A DNA stretch of 64,000 nt from Candidatus Saccharimonadota bacterium (GTDB lineage Bacteria > Patescibacteriota > Saccharimonadia > Saccharimonadales > DTSZ01). The DNA lies in NCBI GenBank assembly GCA_012965045.1, contig DTSZ01000001.1:812024-876023 (forward strand), in the 5' to 3' direction. This document shows positions 1-9,793 of this stretch, in pieces. The position numbers and the translations under genes were made by a program. The stretch's first letter is position 1; every line of letters starts with the position of its first letter. Under the pieces are notes generated by a model. That model did no database searches, had not been told where the DNA came from, and saw nothing but the letters and a program-made list of their open reading frames with translations.

Positions 1-786
1 TTCGGTTAGTTGTTTCTGAATTGCAGGGCTTGCAACACAAAAAGTGAAGTTTTGATCGATACGGTTGAGGGGATTGCTGTAGTCGATAGGCTCGCCATTA
101 GCAGTAGTCCAGAGTGCACCTGCTTCGCTAGCTATTATCTGAGGACCAACGTTATCCCAAATTTTAGAAGTAGTGTTTACACGTGCACCAAGAGCGCCTT
201 CTGCAACATGCATTGGGTCTAGGGCTTCGCAGCCTGTGTTTCTCATATTTCTACAAGCCAGAACAATGTCTGCAAGCACAGAACATTGTTTTTTAGTAAG
301 TTCGGGATTATCTGGATTAGAATCAATACCGAACGAAACAAGTTGTTCAGCTAGTGTGGCATTTTTTGAAACCGCAATTGGGCTACCGTTGCACGTAGCC
401 CCTTTGTCTTTTTCTGCTAAGTACATGCGGTTCATGGCAGGCGCATAAACACCGCCAGCTATTGGTTCGTCCCGGTCCAGAAGCCCGATCATTATTCCGT
501 AATATGGCAGCCCTGCTGCAAAGTTGCTCGTTGCTTCTATTGGGTCGATCACCCACGTATATTGCGAGCTGTTATCTACTACACCAGCTTCTTCGTCGAT
601 AATATTGTGGTCAGGAAACTCTGTAGCTACCTCGGAAACAAGGAGCTTGCCGATCGCAATATCTGCATCGGTTAAAACCTGATTTGGGTCAGAATCCTTA
701 CTTCGTGCTTCTACTTTTCCAAAATAGTCTTCAGCAATTTCACCGGCTTTTAGAAGTGATTTTTCGATAAATTCACGGTACGGCAT
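1..786 (-). CDS. inositol monophosphatase (IMPase/SuhB-like) family protein, C-terminus cut by the window edge
   Basis: Absent from the ORF track because it runs off the window. My minus-strand translation from the ATG at 786 gives MPYREFIEKSLL...TWVIDPIEATSNF...KIWDNVGP. This matches the IMPase WxIDPxDGTxNF and WD motifs. Confidence 0.75.
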   Translation of the reverse strand, partial: MPYREFIEKSLLKAGEIAEDYFGKVEARSKDSDPNQVLTDADIAIGKLLVSEVATEFPDHNIIDEEAGVVDNSSQYTWVIDPIEATSNFAAGLPYYGIMIGLLDRDEPIAGGVYAPAMNRMYLAEKDKGATCNGSPIAVSKNATLAEQLVSFGIDSNPDNPELTKKQCSVLADIVLACRNMRNTGCEALDPMHVAEGALGARVNTTSKIWDNVGPQIIASEAGALWTTANGEPIDYSNPLNRIDQNFTFCVASPAIQKQLTE

Positions 787-1767
787 CTACGCTGCACCCC
801 TAATAATAAGGCTGAACATGTATATGCCATACAACACTAAGAACATGTAGCCGTTTCGATTAACAAGGGTGTGTCTTGGGTGCGCAAAAGCCATAAGGCC
901 AAACATCAATGCTGCAGCTCCGGCGGCGACGGCGACATCGATGTAGGTTTCAGTCGTAAATTGAAGGGGCATAATAACTGACGACAATCCCAGAACCCAA
1001 AACGTGTTAAACAAGTTTGACCCCACAACGTTACCGACCGCAATATCGACTTTGTCATTTCTAACAGCAGCGATGGAGGCGGCCAGTTCTGGTGCCGATG
1101 TACCAAAGGCTACGATCGTAAGGCCAATGATCCCATCAGCGATGTTAAAACTCTCGGCCAAACTAGATGCGTTTTCTACTATTAGCTGTCCACCGAAACC
1201 TAGCATTACAATGCCGACAAAGGTTTTTAAAAATGTGTTCGCTAGTGATGCTACTTCTTTGTCGTCGCTGTCGTTGGCGTGGCTGTCGACTCTGGTTTTA
1301 CCGAATGAGTAATATAAAAACAACACAAAGAACGTAATGAGCATTGCGCCGTCTATTCGGTCTAGCCCAACAAAATCACTCGAACCGATAAAGTTGTCTG
1401 CAACCAATAAAGCTAAAATACCACCCGCACCCATGCTGAATAATATTTCTCGCCAAACAGTAACCCGGTGTACAGTTAATGGCTTAATAATTGAGGCGAT
1501 ACCGAGAATAAGTAATATATTGGCAATATTTGACCCTACAACGTTACCAATGGCTAACCCTGTGGAGCCGTCGTTAGCTGCGAGTAAACTTACGATTAGC
1601 TCTGGTAGAGAAGTACCAAATGCTACCACAGTTAGGCCAACGATAAGCTCAGATACCCCAAGTTTATTCGCCAGTATCGACGCGCCGTCCACTAAGACAT
1701 CGGCGCCTTTAATAAGTAAAAAGAATCCAAAAGCCAGTAAAAATAACGCACTTAGTATTGCTAACAT
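787..1767 (-). CDS. CaCA-family Na+/Ca2+ (cation) antiporter, YrbG-like
   Basis: 326-aa polytopic membrane protein with the two alpha-repeat signatures GTSLPEL and GTSAPEL. Confidence 0.85.
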   Translation of the reverse strand: MLAILSALFLLAFGFFLLIKGADVLVDGASILANKLGVSELIVGLTVVAFGTSLPELIVSLLAANDGSTGLAIGNVVGSNIANILLILGIASIIKPLTVHRVTVWREILFSMGAGGILALLVADNFIGSSDFVGLDRIDGAMLITFFVLFLYYSFGKTRVDSHANDSDDKEVASLANTFLKTFVGIVMLGFGGQLIVENASSLAESFNIADGIIGLTIVAFGTSAPELAASIAAVRNDKVDIAVGNVVGSNLFNTFWVLGLSSVIMPLQFTTETYIDVAVAAGAAALMFGLMAFAHPRHTLVNRNGYMFLVLYGIYMFSLIIRGAA

Positions 1768-1792
1768 TGCTAGTTATTGTAATCTATTAGCG

Positions 1793-2110
1793 ATGGATTA
1801 TGTAGAAGAACAAATAAATAAACTCGGAAGTTTCGAGATCGACACAGAAATAGTGCCCGGCGCTGACAGCTATAGAGTTGATGGAAAACTCTTTGCAATT
1901 TATGTAAAAGACAAGACACCAAAGCGGCTGAGCTTACGCGGAGACACCCAGTTAGTTAAACAGCTACGAGAGCGTTACGAGTCAGTTGTTCAGCCCGCCA
2001 ATCTAGACATCAAAACCTGGAACACCTATATTTTGACCGAACAGCTGGATACAGATTTTATTACTAGCATGATTATTCATAGCTACATAAGTTCGGGCGG
2101 GGAATACTAA
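1793..2110 (+). CDS. MmcQ/YjbR-like small protein
   Basis: I trimmed track ORF 1337..2110 to the in-frame ATG at 1793, because the upstream part is antisense to the antiporter. The ~105-aa product MDYVEEQINKLG...YRVDGKLFAIY...LSLRGD resembles the YjbR fold family. Confidence 0.45.
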   Translation: MDYVEEQINKLGSFEIDTEIVPGADSYRVDGKLFAIYVKDKTPKRLSLRGDTQLVKQLRERYESVVQPANLDIKTWNTYILTEQLDTDFITSMIIHSYISSGGEY

Positions 2111-2317
2111 ACCGTTAAGTCGCCTTTAACAGATACGCGCTCATATATTTATGCACAATATTTTGCACAATGTTAATGCTTAGTTAACACATGGTATACA
2201 GCCAAGAGTGTTATATGGAGGTATACAGTTTGCGGGAGTACGCAAAGTTCCTTTCCATTAGTTGTCGAGGTGAAATTTTAAAAAACCTTTTTGGGTTTAA
2301 AGGAGGGATGCGTTTTT

Positions 2318-3382
2318 ATGAAACGTATTACACACCAACAAATACAAAAACTTGCCCAAAAAAATATTCATCCATCCGTAAGTATCTACATGCCACTGCT
2401 TGGAGATTACTACGACATTCGCGAAAGTGGTTTACGACTACTTAAGCAGGCTCGAGACAACTTAATGGACTTTGTCAGCTACGAAGAAGCTCGACAAATA
2501 TTAGCACCAGCTTATGAAGCAATGCACAATCGCAATAAGTGGGTCCACGAGGACTACGAAGGCGGCGCTGCGATGTTTATTGACGAGACAGGCGTAGAAA
2601 CCTATGCCTTCCCAGACATGGAGCGAGAGAGGGTCTACGTCGGTCACGGATTTGAAGTAGCTCCACTGTTCGAGCAGCTTGTGCAGCATGGTCGCTTCTA
2701 CACCTTAAGTATTACCTCGCGATTTGCCGAGCTATATTTAAATGACGTAAAGGGCAGTCATAAAAAAGTCCGTTTAACCAATAAGCGAGCCTTTGCCGAT
2801 AAGGGCGGGTCGCGTAATTTGTATTCAAAACGATTAGCTGGGGATACGTCGGCTTTTCCAAAGCGATATCTTTCGCAGCTAGACAAGGCAGTGCGAAAGG
2901 CAATAGAGGACAAGACTGCACCGCTCATAACTATTGGTTTACCAAAGGCCCAGTCAGCGTTTAGGTCAACTTCAAAATATGACTTGCTTATGCCAGACGG
3001 CGTTCAGGTTAACCCTGAGGCCGTGAAGCAGAGTGAAGTTGTTCAACGAGCAGCGCCAATTGCTCAACGGTTCTATGGTTACTACGAAAAGGCTGCGCAA
3101 GAAGAGTTTGCCCGTCGGCAAGCAACCGACCAGCCACATGTGGTCACTGGTATGCGACAAGTGCTCGAAGCACTCCGAGAAGGCAAGGTTCGCACACTAT
3201 TTATCGACCCCAAAAAAGCTGTGTGGGGAGAGCCACTCACAAAAGCCATTCATACAAAACGGCAAAGGGGTGATGAAAATTTAACAAATCTGGCGGTTCG
3301 AAGAGCACTCAACTCAAAGGCCGAGATATTTCATCCGTCAGTAGATAATCCAAAATTAGTGAGTGCAATACTTCGCTATTAG
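2318..3382 (+). CDS. bacterial archaeo-eukaryotic release-factor-like (baeRF/eRF1-like) protein
   Basis: ATG at 2318 sits 10 nt after AAAGGAGGG. The N-terminus MKRITHQQIQKLAQKNIHPSVSIYMPL matches the typical baeRF opening (xVSxYxPT). The C-terminus has LREGKVRTLFID, resembling the eRF1 C-domain. Confidence 0.45.
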   Translation: MKRITHQQIQKLAQKNIHPSVSIYMPLLGDYYDIRESGLRLLKQARDNLMDFVSYEEARQILAPAYEAMHNRNKWVHEDYEGGAAMFIDETGVETYAFPDMERERVYVGHGFEVAPLFEQLVQHGRFYTLSITSRFAELYLNDVKGSHKKVRLTNKRAFADKGGSRNLYSKRLAGDTSAFPKRYLSQLDKAVRKAIEDKTAPLITIGLPKAQSAFRSTSKYDLLMPDGVQVNPEAVKQSEVVQRAAPIAQRFYGYYEKAAQEEFARRQATDQPHVVTGMRQVLEALREGKVRTLFIDPKKAVWGEPLTKAIHTKRQRGDENLTNLAVRRALNSKAEIFHPSVDNPKLVSAILRY

Positions 3383-3396
3383 TCTTGTGATTAAGG

Positions 3397-3948
3397 CTAA
3401 AGGTCGTTGATCTGGTCTTGGAGTGCGCTGAGGTTGCTAAGTGCAGCCTCAGTTGCATTTAGAATCAACTGATCATCAACGCTTTTCTGTAACTCGTTGA
3501 GACTACTGATAGCAACCGTAATTGTATTAGACGAGATTGTTATGGCTTGGCTATTTAGGGTGCCAGATATCTCTGCTGAATCTAAACTTTCTCGAACATT
3601 ATCAAGCTTACGAACTGGGGCGTAGGTCAGTTCCGGGTAGTTTGTTGCTGCTAGTTGATACAGAGTGCCTAAATCGCTCGCTGTAATAGTCTTAATTGTC
3701 GCGGCTAGGTTAGTTACTGCAGGGGTCGTTTCGTAAGTTTGAATAATTTCGTGGGCTACCGTAGCCTGGTTTAAGCTTTCAAGTGCTTTTGTCATTTGCG
3801 GCTCGGTTGATTTTCCGCCAAGCAGCGCACTGGCCAACAACAACACAACACCCAAAACACCACCAACTATCGCAAACAGTATCAATATTCGCTGCTTAGA
3901 GTCTGCTTGGCGCGGTGCAGGGGTATTAAATTGTTGAAGCATATTCAT
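3397..3948 (-). CDS. membrane-anchored hypothetical protein
   Basis: 183-aa ORF with one N-terminal TM helix (ILILFAIVGGVLGVVLLLASALLGG) followed by a helical ectodomain. I recognised no family motif. Confidence 0.6.
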   Translation of the reverse strand: MNMLQQFNTPAPRQADSKQRILILFAIVGGVLGVVLLLASALLGGKSTEPQMTKALESLNQATVAHEIIQTYETTPAVTNLAATIKTITASDLGTLYQLAATNYPELTYAPVRKLDNVRESLDSAEISGTLNSQAITISSNTITVAISSLNELQKSVDDQLILNATEAALSNLSALQDQINDL

Positions 3949-4007
3949 GCACTAGAGTATAAAGCTAAAGCTTTTGTTTATGAAACATCAACTATAAAGT
4001 TGTTGGT

Positions 4008-4445
4008 ATGGAACAAAGTGAAACCTGCCCATTCGACTCAAAAGACACAATTGGCCCTGATCGAATTATTCGTGTTGGCTTAACTGTCATTAGTTTTTTA
4101 TCTGACCCAAAAATAACCGAAGCACATGTATTGGTTGTTCCGCGGCGTCATGTGGAGCCTCCGTACTCGTTTGCTAACAACGAAACGCTTGAGCGAGAGC
4201 ACGAAATTAGCCGATTACGCCGAATAATGCTGCGTACTGGTTTTGACGGTGTTGATGTTTTTCAAAAGTCTCGACCATTAGTTGCTCAAGGGCACAATGG
4301 CACAAAGGTAGATCATTATCACTGGCATGTTTTGCCAAGCCGGCGCGGAGATGAGCTATATGAAAGCCGACTGGACTGGAGCCAGAAACAACCACTCACA
4401 GAAGAAGATCTAGAGAAATGGATTCCAATTCTGCGAGATGAATAA
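4008..4445 (+). CDS. HIT-family nucleotide hydrolase/transferase
   Basis: Histidine-triad motif HYHWHVLP near the C-terminus, and VVPRRH earlier in the sequence. Confidence 0.75.
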   Translation: MEQSETCPFDSKDTIGPDRIIRVGLTVISFLSDPKITEAHVLVVPRRHVEPPYSFANNETLEREHEISRLRRIMLRTGFDGVDVFQKSRPLVAQGHNGTKVDHYHWHVLPSRRGDELYESRLDWSQKQPLTEEDLEKWIPILRDE

Positions 4446-4486
4446 ATTACTGTAGATAGCCGCTCAGGTGTAGACTAGAGATATAT

Positions 4487-6205
4487 ATGGACGCTGTTTC
4501 TGACATTAAAGCAAAGCTTGCACTCGAGGATGTTGTAGCAGACTACCTGGAGCTTAAACGTTCTGGCAGCAACTTAAAGGCCTTAAGTCCGTTTAGCCAA
4601 GAAAAAACTCCAAGTTTTATGGTGAGTCCTGCTAAACAGATTTGGCACGACTTTAGTTCGAATAAAGGTGGCGACATGTTCACGTTTATTCAAGAGGTTG
4701 AAGGCGTTGAGTTTAAAGAAGCCCTAGAGCTGTTAGCACGTAAGGCTGGTCTTAATTTAGACGACTATCAAACAAAACGTGGACCAGGGCGAGAGGTAAA
4801 AAAACAATACGAACGAGCACTAAATTTGAGTGCTCGCTTTTACCAAGAACAATTGATACATAATAAAGCAGCCCTCGATTACGTCACTAAAAAGCGTGGT
4901 TTTAATAAACAATCGATTATTGATTTTAATATTGGTTACGCACCAAACAAAACAGATGCACTGTCAAAATACCTACTGTCCAAAGATATTGATACAGAAA
5001 CTATCGTCAAAAGCGGTTTAGCTGTTGAGCGTCGGGGCCGTTTGGTGGATATGTTTAGAGGCCGGGTATTGGTTGCGTTAGCAGATAGATCTGGCAGCCC
5101 AATTGGGTTTACTGGTCGTCAGCTAATTGATGGCGATGGACCAAAGTACATTAACACCGCACAAACTATTTTGTACGACAAGAGTCGTCATGTCTTTGGC
5201 TTACATCTTGCGAAAGATGCCATACGAAAACAGGATTTAAGTGTACTTGCAGAAGGAAACCTTGATGTAGTTAGCGCTCATCAAGCTGGTTTTAAAAATG
5301 TAGTAGCAACCGCTGGAACAGCGTTAACAATCCAGCAGTTGAAGTCGCTCAAACATCTTTCAAAGAATATTGCATTGGCATTTGACGGTGACGAAGCGGG
5401 AGTACGAGCAACAATTCGGGCAATACCGCTGGCACAGGGTGAAGGAATAACTTTGTATGTGCTAAATATTCCAAAGGGCAGTGACCCAGACGACATAATT
5501 CAAAATAATCCTGCAGATTGGGAAGAAATTGTTACAAGCAAGGTGTATGCCCCAGAATGGTTACGAATTTACTATCTTGACCAATATGATTTAAAAACCG
5601 CTCAGGGTAAAAAACTGTATGCAGATGCAATGATGAATTTATTGTTATTTCTTAAAGATCCAGTTGAGCAAGAGCATTATTTGGATGTTGTAGCTAAAGA
5701 TATTAAATCCTCAAAAGCAGCAGTGGCAGAGCGGTTTTCGAACTTTTCTCGCTCACCAAAAAAGCCCAAAAAACCAATTAAAACCAGTACGGTTGCTACG
5801 CCGCCGCGCCAAGGAGTAGTGGCGAATGATCTGTTAGCGCTGAGCTTGCGATACCCAGCGGCACGGGCGGTGCTACAGCCGTTAAGCGAAGACGTGTGGC
5901 AAACAGAACCACAACGAGCTGTATTTACGGTTTTGCAAAACAGCAACAAACTGGCCGATCAACTAGAGTCAGAATTGAAGGAACACGATAATTTTGTTAA
6001 AGTACTACAGTTAATTGCTGAGCAGCGATACGATGACTGGCGAACAGCTGACGTAATAGTCGAAGCCGACCAACTTTCACTCAGCCTAAATGAACTCAAA
6101 TACAAGCAAAACAAAACAACAATAACCGAACAAATTCGCGCAGCAGAAGAGCGTGGAGACTGGGATACAGCAAAAGAATTGCTTGAACAGTGGCAAGATA
6201 GTTAA
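4487..6205 (+). CDS. dnaG: DNA primase DnaG (zinc-ribbon ligands substituted)
   Basis: EKTPSF motif, TOPRIM region ([10 protein letters not shown]...AFDGDEAG) and the classic position immediately upstream of rpoD. Confidence 0.9.
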   Translation: MDAVSDIKAKLALEDVVADYLELKRSGSNLKALSPFSQEKTPSFMVSPAKQIWHDFSSNKGGDMFTFIQEVEGVEFKEALELLARKAGLNLDDYQTKRGPGREVKKQYERALNLSARFYQEQLIHNKAALDYVTKKRGFNKQSIIDFNIGYAPNKTDALSKYLLSKDIDTETIVKSGLAVERRGRLVDMFRGRVLVALADRSGSPIGFTGRQLIDGDGPKYINTAQTILYDKSRHVFGLHLAKDAIRKQDLSVLAEGNLDVVSAHQAGFKNVVATAGTALTIQQLKSLKHLSKNIALAFDGDEAGVRATIRAIPLAQGEGITLYVLNIPKGSDPDDIIQNNPADWEEIVTSKVYAPEWLRIYYLDQYDLKTAQGKKLYADAMMNLLLFLKDPVEQEHYLDVVAKDIKSSKAAVAERFSNFSRSPKKPKKPIKTSTVATPPRQGVVANDLLALSLRYPAARAVLQPLSEDVWQTEPQRAVFTVLQNSNKLADQLESELKEHDNFVKVLQLIAEQRYDDWRTADVIVEADQLSLSLNELKYKQNKTTITEQIRAAEERGDWDTAKELLEQWQDS

Positions 6206-6213
6206 GGAGTTAT

Positions 6214-7383
6214 ATGCCGGCAAAGAAGAAACCAACTACAAAGAAGTCAGATGATAAAAAGTCCAAAGCAAAAGCCAAGGCAAGTGCAACTAAAGCTAAA
6301 AAAGCTGCACTAAAAAAAGAGGATTTACTAGCCGCAAAAAAAGAACTTTTTGAGCGAGCCAAAAAAGACGGTGAAATTCACCAAAAAGAAATTTTTAACC
6401 TTATCCCCGACACCGAAGCCAATGTTGAAATTTTAGACAGCCTGTATTCGGACTTAGTCGACGGCGACATAACCATTCTAAGCGCCGACAGCGATGACGA
6501 AAGTATTGATGACATTGAAGAGCAGGCGAAAAACGATAAATACTTAGATGACATTTCTGATGACTCGGTTCGTTTGTACCTGCGTGAGATCGGTAAAATT
6601 CCATTGCTTACTGCAGAAGAAGAAGTTACCCTAGCTCGCCGAGTCCAAAAAGGCGACAAAGTTGCCAAAGACGAAATGGCCGAGGCAAACATGCGATTAG
6701 TGGTTTCAATTGCTAAACGCTATGTCGGACGTGGTTTGGATTTGCTGGATTTGATTCAAGAAGGAAACACCGGTCTACTACGGGCAGTTGAAAAGTTTGA
6801 CCCAGAAAAAGGGTTTAAATTCTCTACCTACGCCACGTGGTGGATCCGCCAAGCTATCACTCGAGCCATCGCCGACCAGGCCCGAACTATCCGAATACCA
6901 GTACACATGGTAGAAACTATCAACAAACTATTGCGTACCCACCGTCGCATGACTCAAGAACTTAACCGCGAACCAACCAACGAAGAGCTTGCCAAGGAGC
7001 TTGAAATCGAAGTCGACAAAGTTGAACACATCATGAAAATCAAGCAGGACATTAGCTCACTTGACGCTGCTGTGCGTGACGACGAAGAAGACTCAGTACT
7101 TGGTGACTTTATCGAAGACGAGGATACACCGAGCCCGACTGAAAGCGCGACTACTCAATTACTAAAAGAACACGTTAATGAAATGCTTAGCTACTTAAGC
7201 CCGCGTGAACAAAAAATCCTACGTATGCGTTTTGGCCTCGAGGATGGAAAAACCCATACACTTGAAGAGGTTGGCACAGAGTTTGGTGTTACTCGTGAAC
7301 GTATTCGTCAGATTGAAGCAAAAGCCCTCGCAAAACTACGCAAGCACCGCGACGCATCTAAAATTTCGGATTACATAAACTAA
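6214..7383 (+). CDS. rpoD: primary RNA polymerase sigma factor RpoD
   Basis: Regions 1.2-4.2 are present. Motifs include [27 protein letters not shown] and the region 4.2 sequence [20 protein letters not shown]. The N-terminal tail is lysine-rich. Confidence 0.95.
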   Translation: MPAKKKPTTKKSDDKKSKAKAKASATKAKKAALKKEDLLAAKKELFERAKKDGEIHQKEIFNLIPDTEANVEILDSLYSDLVDGDITILSADSDDESIDDIEEQAKNDKYLDDISDDSVRLYLREIGKIPLLTAEEEVTLARRVQKGDKVAKDEMAEANMRLVVSIAKRYVGRGLDLLDLIQEGNTGLLRAVEKFDPEKGFKFSTYATWWIRQAITRAIADQARTIRIPVHMVETINKLLRTHRRMTQELNREPTNEELAKELEIEVDKVEHIMKIKQDISSLDAAVRDDEEDSVLGDFIEDEDTPSPTESATTQLLKEHVNEMLSYLSPREQKILRMRFGLEDGKTHTLEEVGTEFGVTRERIRQIEAKALAKLRKHRDASKISDYIN

Positions 7384-7385
7384 CA

Positions 7386-7952
7386 ATGATATTCGGATTA
7401 TCTGGCACCAACGGCGCAGGTAAAGACACAGTTGCAGAGATTCTACGTGACAATTATGGCTACTTGTTTATTTCGGCTACTGATATTCTCCGTGATGAAG
7501 CTCGCAAAAGGGGTTTAGATGTTTCGCGGAAAAACCTTCGCGATATAAGCGCTGAATGGCGGCGTGAATTTGGTATGGGAGTATTGATTGACAGAGGACT
7601 AATTGAATACGAAAAAGTACAGAGTCAGTACGAGGGCTTTGTTATTTCGAGCTTACGCCACCCTGCCGAAGCCGATGCTATACATGCTGCAGGAGGCAAA
7701 GTTATTTGGGTAGATGCTGACCCGCAACTGCGATACCAGCGCGTGCAGTCTGCTGACCGCGGTCGGGCTAGTGAAGACAAGATAAGTTTTGAAGAATTTT
7801 TAGCTCATGAGAAAAAAGAAATGAACGTTGGCGGTGACGCGGCTACCTTGAAAACAGCTGCCGTTAAAGAGAAGTCTGATGTAACACTACTGAACGAAGA
7901 CGATGGCATAGAGGCGCTTAAAAGCAAACTTGCCTCCATGCTGGAAATGTAA
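7386..7952 (+). CDS. P-loop nucleotide/nucleoside-monophosphate kinase-like protein (CoaE/dNMP-kinase-like)
   Basis: Walker A motif GLSGTNGAGKDT at the N-terminus, with the ~190-aa size typical of small kinases. The substrate is not inferable. Confidence 0.55.
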   Translation: MIFGLSGTNGAGKDTVAEILRDNYGYLFISATDILRDEARKRGLDVSRKNLRDISAEWRREFGMGVLIDRGLIEYEKVQSQYEGFVISSLRHPAEADAIHAAGGKVIWVDADPQLRYQRVQSADRGRASEDKISFEEFLAHEKKEMNVGGDAATLKTAAVKEKSDVTLLNEDDGIEALKSKLASMLEM

Positions 7953-8031
7953 TTCAATTTAAAACTAACAACATTGTTCTATATAATATAAGTGTGAATA
8001 ATTCCATAACCAACGTGTTGCTGGTGGGTGT

Positions 8032-8493
8032 ATGAGCGAAACTGCTATTCCTAATCCAGAACAGAGCGGATCTGGAAGATCTTTTGAAGAAAATTTAGAC
8101 CTAATTCGCAGCCGTTTGATGATAGACAAAAAAGATGCCCGCTGGAGACATATCAAGGCTCATTTTAGCGGCAGCCTTGAAACTGACATTAATGATCAAG
8201 AGCAAGAATTTTTTGATGTGATGACAATGATAGGTCAGCGATGGGTTTTTGCGTCGCATAGGTATCTAAACCCAACACCGGTGCAGCACGATACTCTTGG
8301 ACTGCTATGTGGTGTGGTGAGACGGCCAAGTAATGCAGGTAGTGAAAACGAATCATGGAGCACTCAAATGATGGAATTAAAAGATGTATTTACGTATGTT
8401 CAACGCAAGCACGATGTAGAGCTCGGTGATGTAATAGCCGAGTATTTGCACGCCATTGATAGCTTCGCCACCATATTTGAAGAAAAACTATAG
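8032..8493 (+). CDS. hypothetical protein
   Basis: 153-aa ORF with an ATG start, lying between the kinase-like gene and the second sigma gene. No motif recognised. Confidence 0.5.
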   Translation: MSETAIPNPEQSGSGRSFEENLDLIRSRLMIDKKDARWRHIKAHFSGSLETDINDQEQEFFDVMTMIGQRWVFASHRYLNPTPVQHDTLGLLCGVVRRPSNAGSENESWSTQMMELKDVFTYVQRKHDVELGDVIAEYLHAIDSFATIFEEKL

Positions 8494-8558
8494 CCAGTAA
8501 TGATCACCCTCAAAGCTCATGCTTGCCTGAGCAACGGGTGGCTGCGTAGTATTAATAA

Positions 8559-9740
8559 ATGCCAGAACTGCCCCAAATAAACAGCCCAGAAGGCAGCGAA
8601 TCTTCTGAGCCGCTGGATTTCCATGAGCGGAACCTACTACTGTTCGAAACATATATACCTGCAAAGGATCTTATACAAACCATCCAGGAAGATCCTGGTA
8701 TCTATGACCAGCTTGGTGATAGCGACAGGCGCTTATTTGAGCATGGCAAGCAAGCGTATGAAGATTTAATTCATGGCAATACTGGCTTGGTAGTTTTCCA
8801 CGCAAATAGACACAAAGTCTCACTAGAAGAACGTGATGAATTAATTCAGATCGGCATGATCTCATTAATTGAAGCGGTGCAAGATTTTGATCCCGATCTT
8901 GGCTATAAATTTTCTACATTCGCAACGTCAAAAATTAGACCTGCGTTAGCACATGCAAGAAATGAAAAATTTAGTCCTTTGAGTCTCCCTAGACAGCTAC
9001 GCGCAGATATTATTGCATTGCGTGCTGCTTCTCGGGAGATAAACGATTACCACGGCAGGCAACCGACCACAGAAGAACTTAGTCTAGCGACTGGTTTTTC
9101 TGAAGATAAGATTCAAAAGCTGGAAAGAATAAAAATTGAAGTCCGAGCACTATCGCTAGATAAAAGAATGTCCGACGAAGCACGATCAAAGACGTTAGGC
9201 GAAATGGTAATTGCAAGCTCAAACGCTGAAGACGACGAGTTACAGCAACGGGTTGGCCAGCTATTAGAAGATAAATTATCTCAGCTATCAGAACGTGACC
9301 GCACCATAGTTGAATTACGACTTGGTATCAACGACAGGCCTGTGACGTCGCTGCGCAGTATCGGCGATATTGTCGGGCTAACACGACAGGGCGTGAAAAT
9401 AGTTTCAGATCGCTTCACTTTAGCAATAAGTAAGGTGCTCGAATCAGAATTTGGTCCAGTGGCAGATGTAGCAGACACTACTCGAAAGATGACGGTAAAA
9501 ATCCGCGGCAGAAAACACGAACCATTGGATGTGAGTCAAGCTGGGTTTAGTGAAAAACTTGCAGACCTATCCGACCGACAAAAAAAATTGATCTGGCTAT
9601 TTTTTGATCAAGAAACTGGTGAACAGATTCGGACTCCAGGCGAAGTGCACGAACTTCTTGGCGTAGACGAGGATAAGGCGCCATCGGCCCGGTCATTACG
9701 GACGTACCTGTATGAAATACGCAGTGAATTCAAGACATAG
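8559..9740 (+). CDS. divergent sigma-70-family protein with a degenerate region 2.3/2.4 and an extra C-terminal HTH-like segment
   Basis: Region 2 reads DELIQIGMISLIEAVQDFDPDLGYKFSTFATSKIRPAL. Region 4 reads LSERDRTIVELRLG...IGDIVGLTRQGVKIV. An additional ~100 aa contains LSDRQKKLIWLFF...TPGEVHELLGV. Confidence 0.75.
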   Translation: MPELPQINSPEGSESSEPLDFHERNLLLFETYIPAKDLIQTIQEDPGIYDQLGDSDRRLFEHGKQAYEDLIHGNTGLVVFHANRHKVSLEERDELIQIGMISLIEAVQDFDPDLGYKFSTFATSKIRPALAHARNEKFSPLSLPRQLRADIIALRAASREINDYHGRQPTTEELSLATGFSEDKIQKLERIKIEVRALSLDKRMSDEARSKTLGEMVIASSNAEDDELQQRVGQLLEDKLSQLSERDRTIVELRLGINDRPVTSLRSIGDIVGLTRQGVKIVSDRFTLAISKVLESEFGPVADVADTTRKMTVKIRGRKHEPLDVSQAGFSEKLADLSDRQKKLIWLFFDQETGEQIRTPGEVHELLGVDEDKAPSARSLRTYLYEIRSEFKT

Positions 9741-9793
9741 TCAGTTTATGCTTATGCTAGACATTGTCGAGCTGTGGGTGTTTATTTATATCA

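Noticed and set aside
1337-1792. The N-terminal 152 codons of track ORF 1337..2110 (257 aa).
   Set aside because: This part is antisense to the well-supported CaCA antiporter gene and has a low-complexity, antisense-like composition. The real gene most likely starts at the in-frame ATG at 1793, after the antiporter start.
2191-2445. 84-aa ORF overlapping the start of the baeRF-like gene.
   Set aside because: It is out of frame with a better-supported gene that has a strong SD. The sequence is not protein-like, and the region is better explained as a leader containing repeats.
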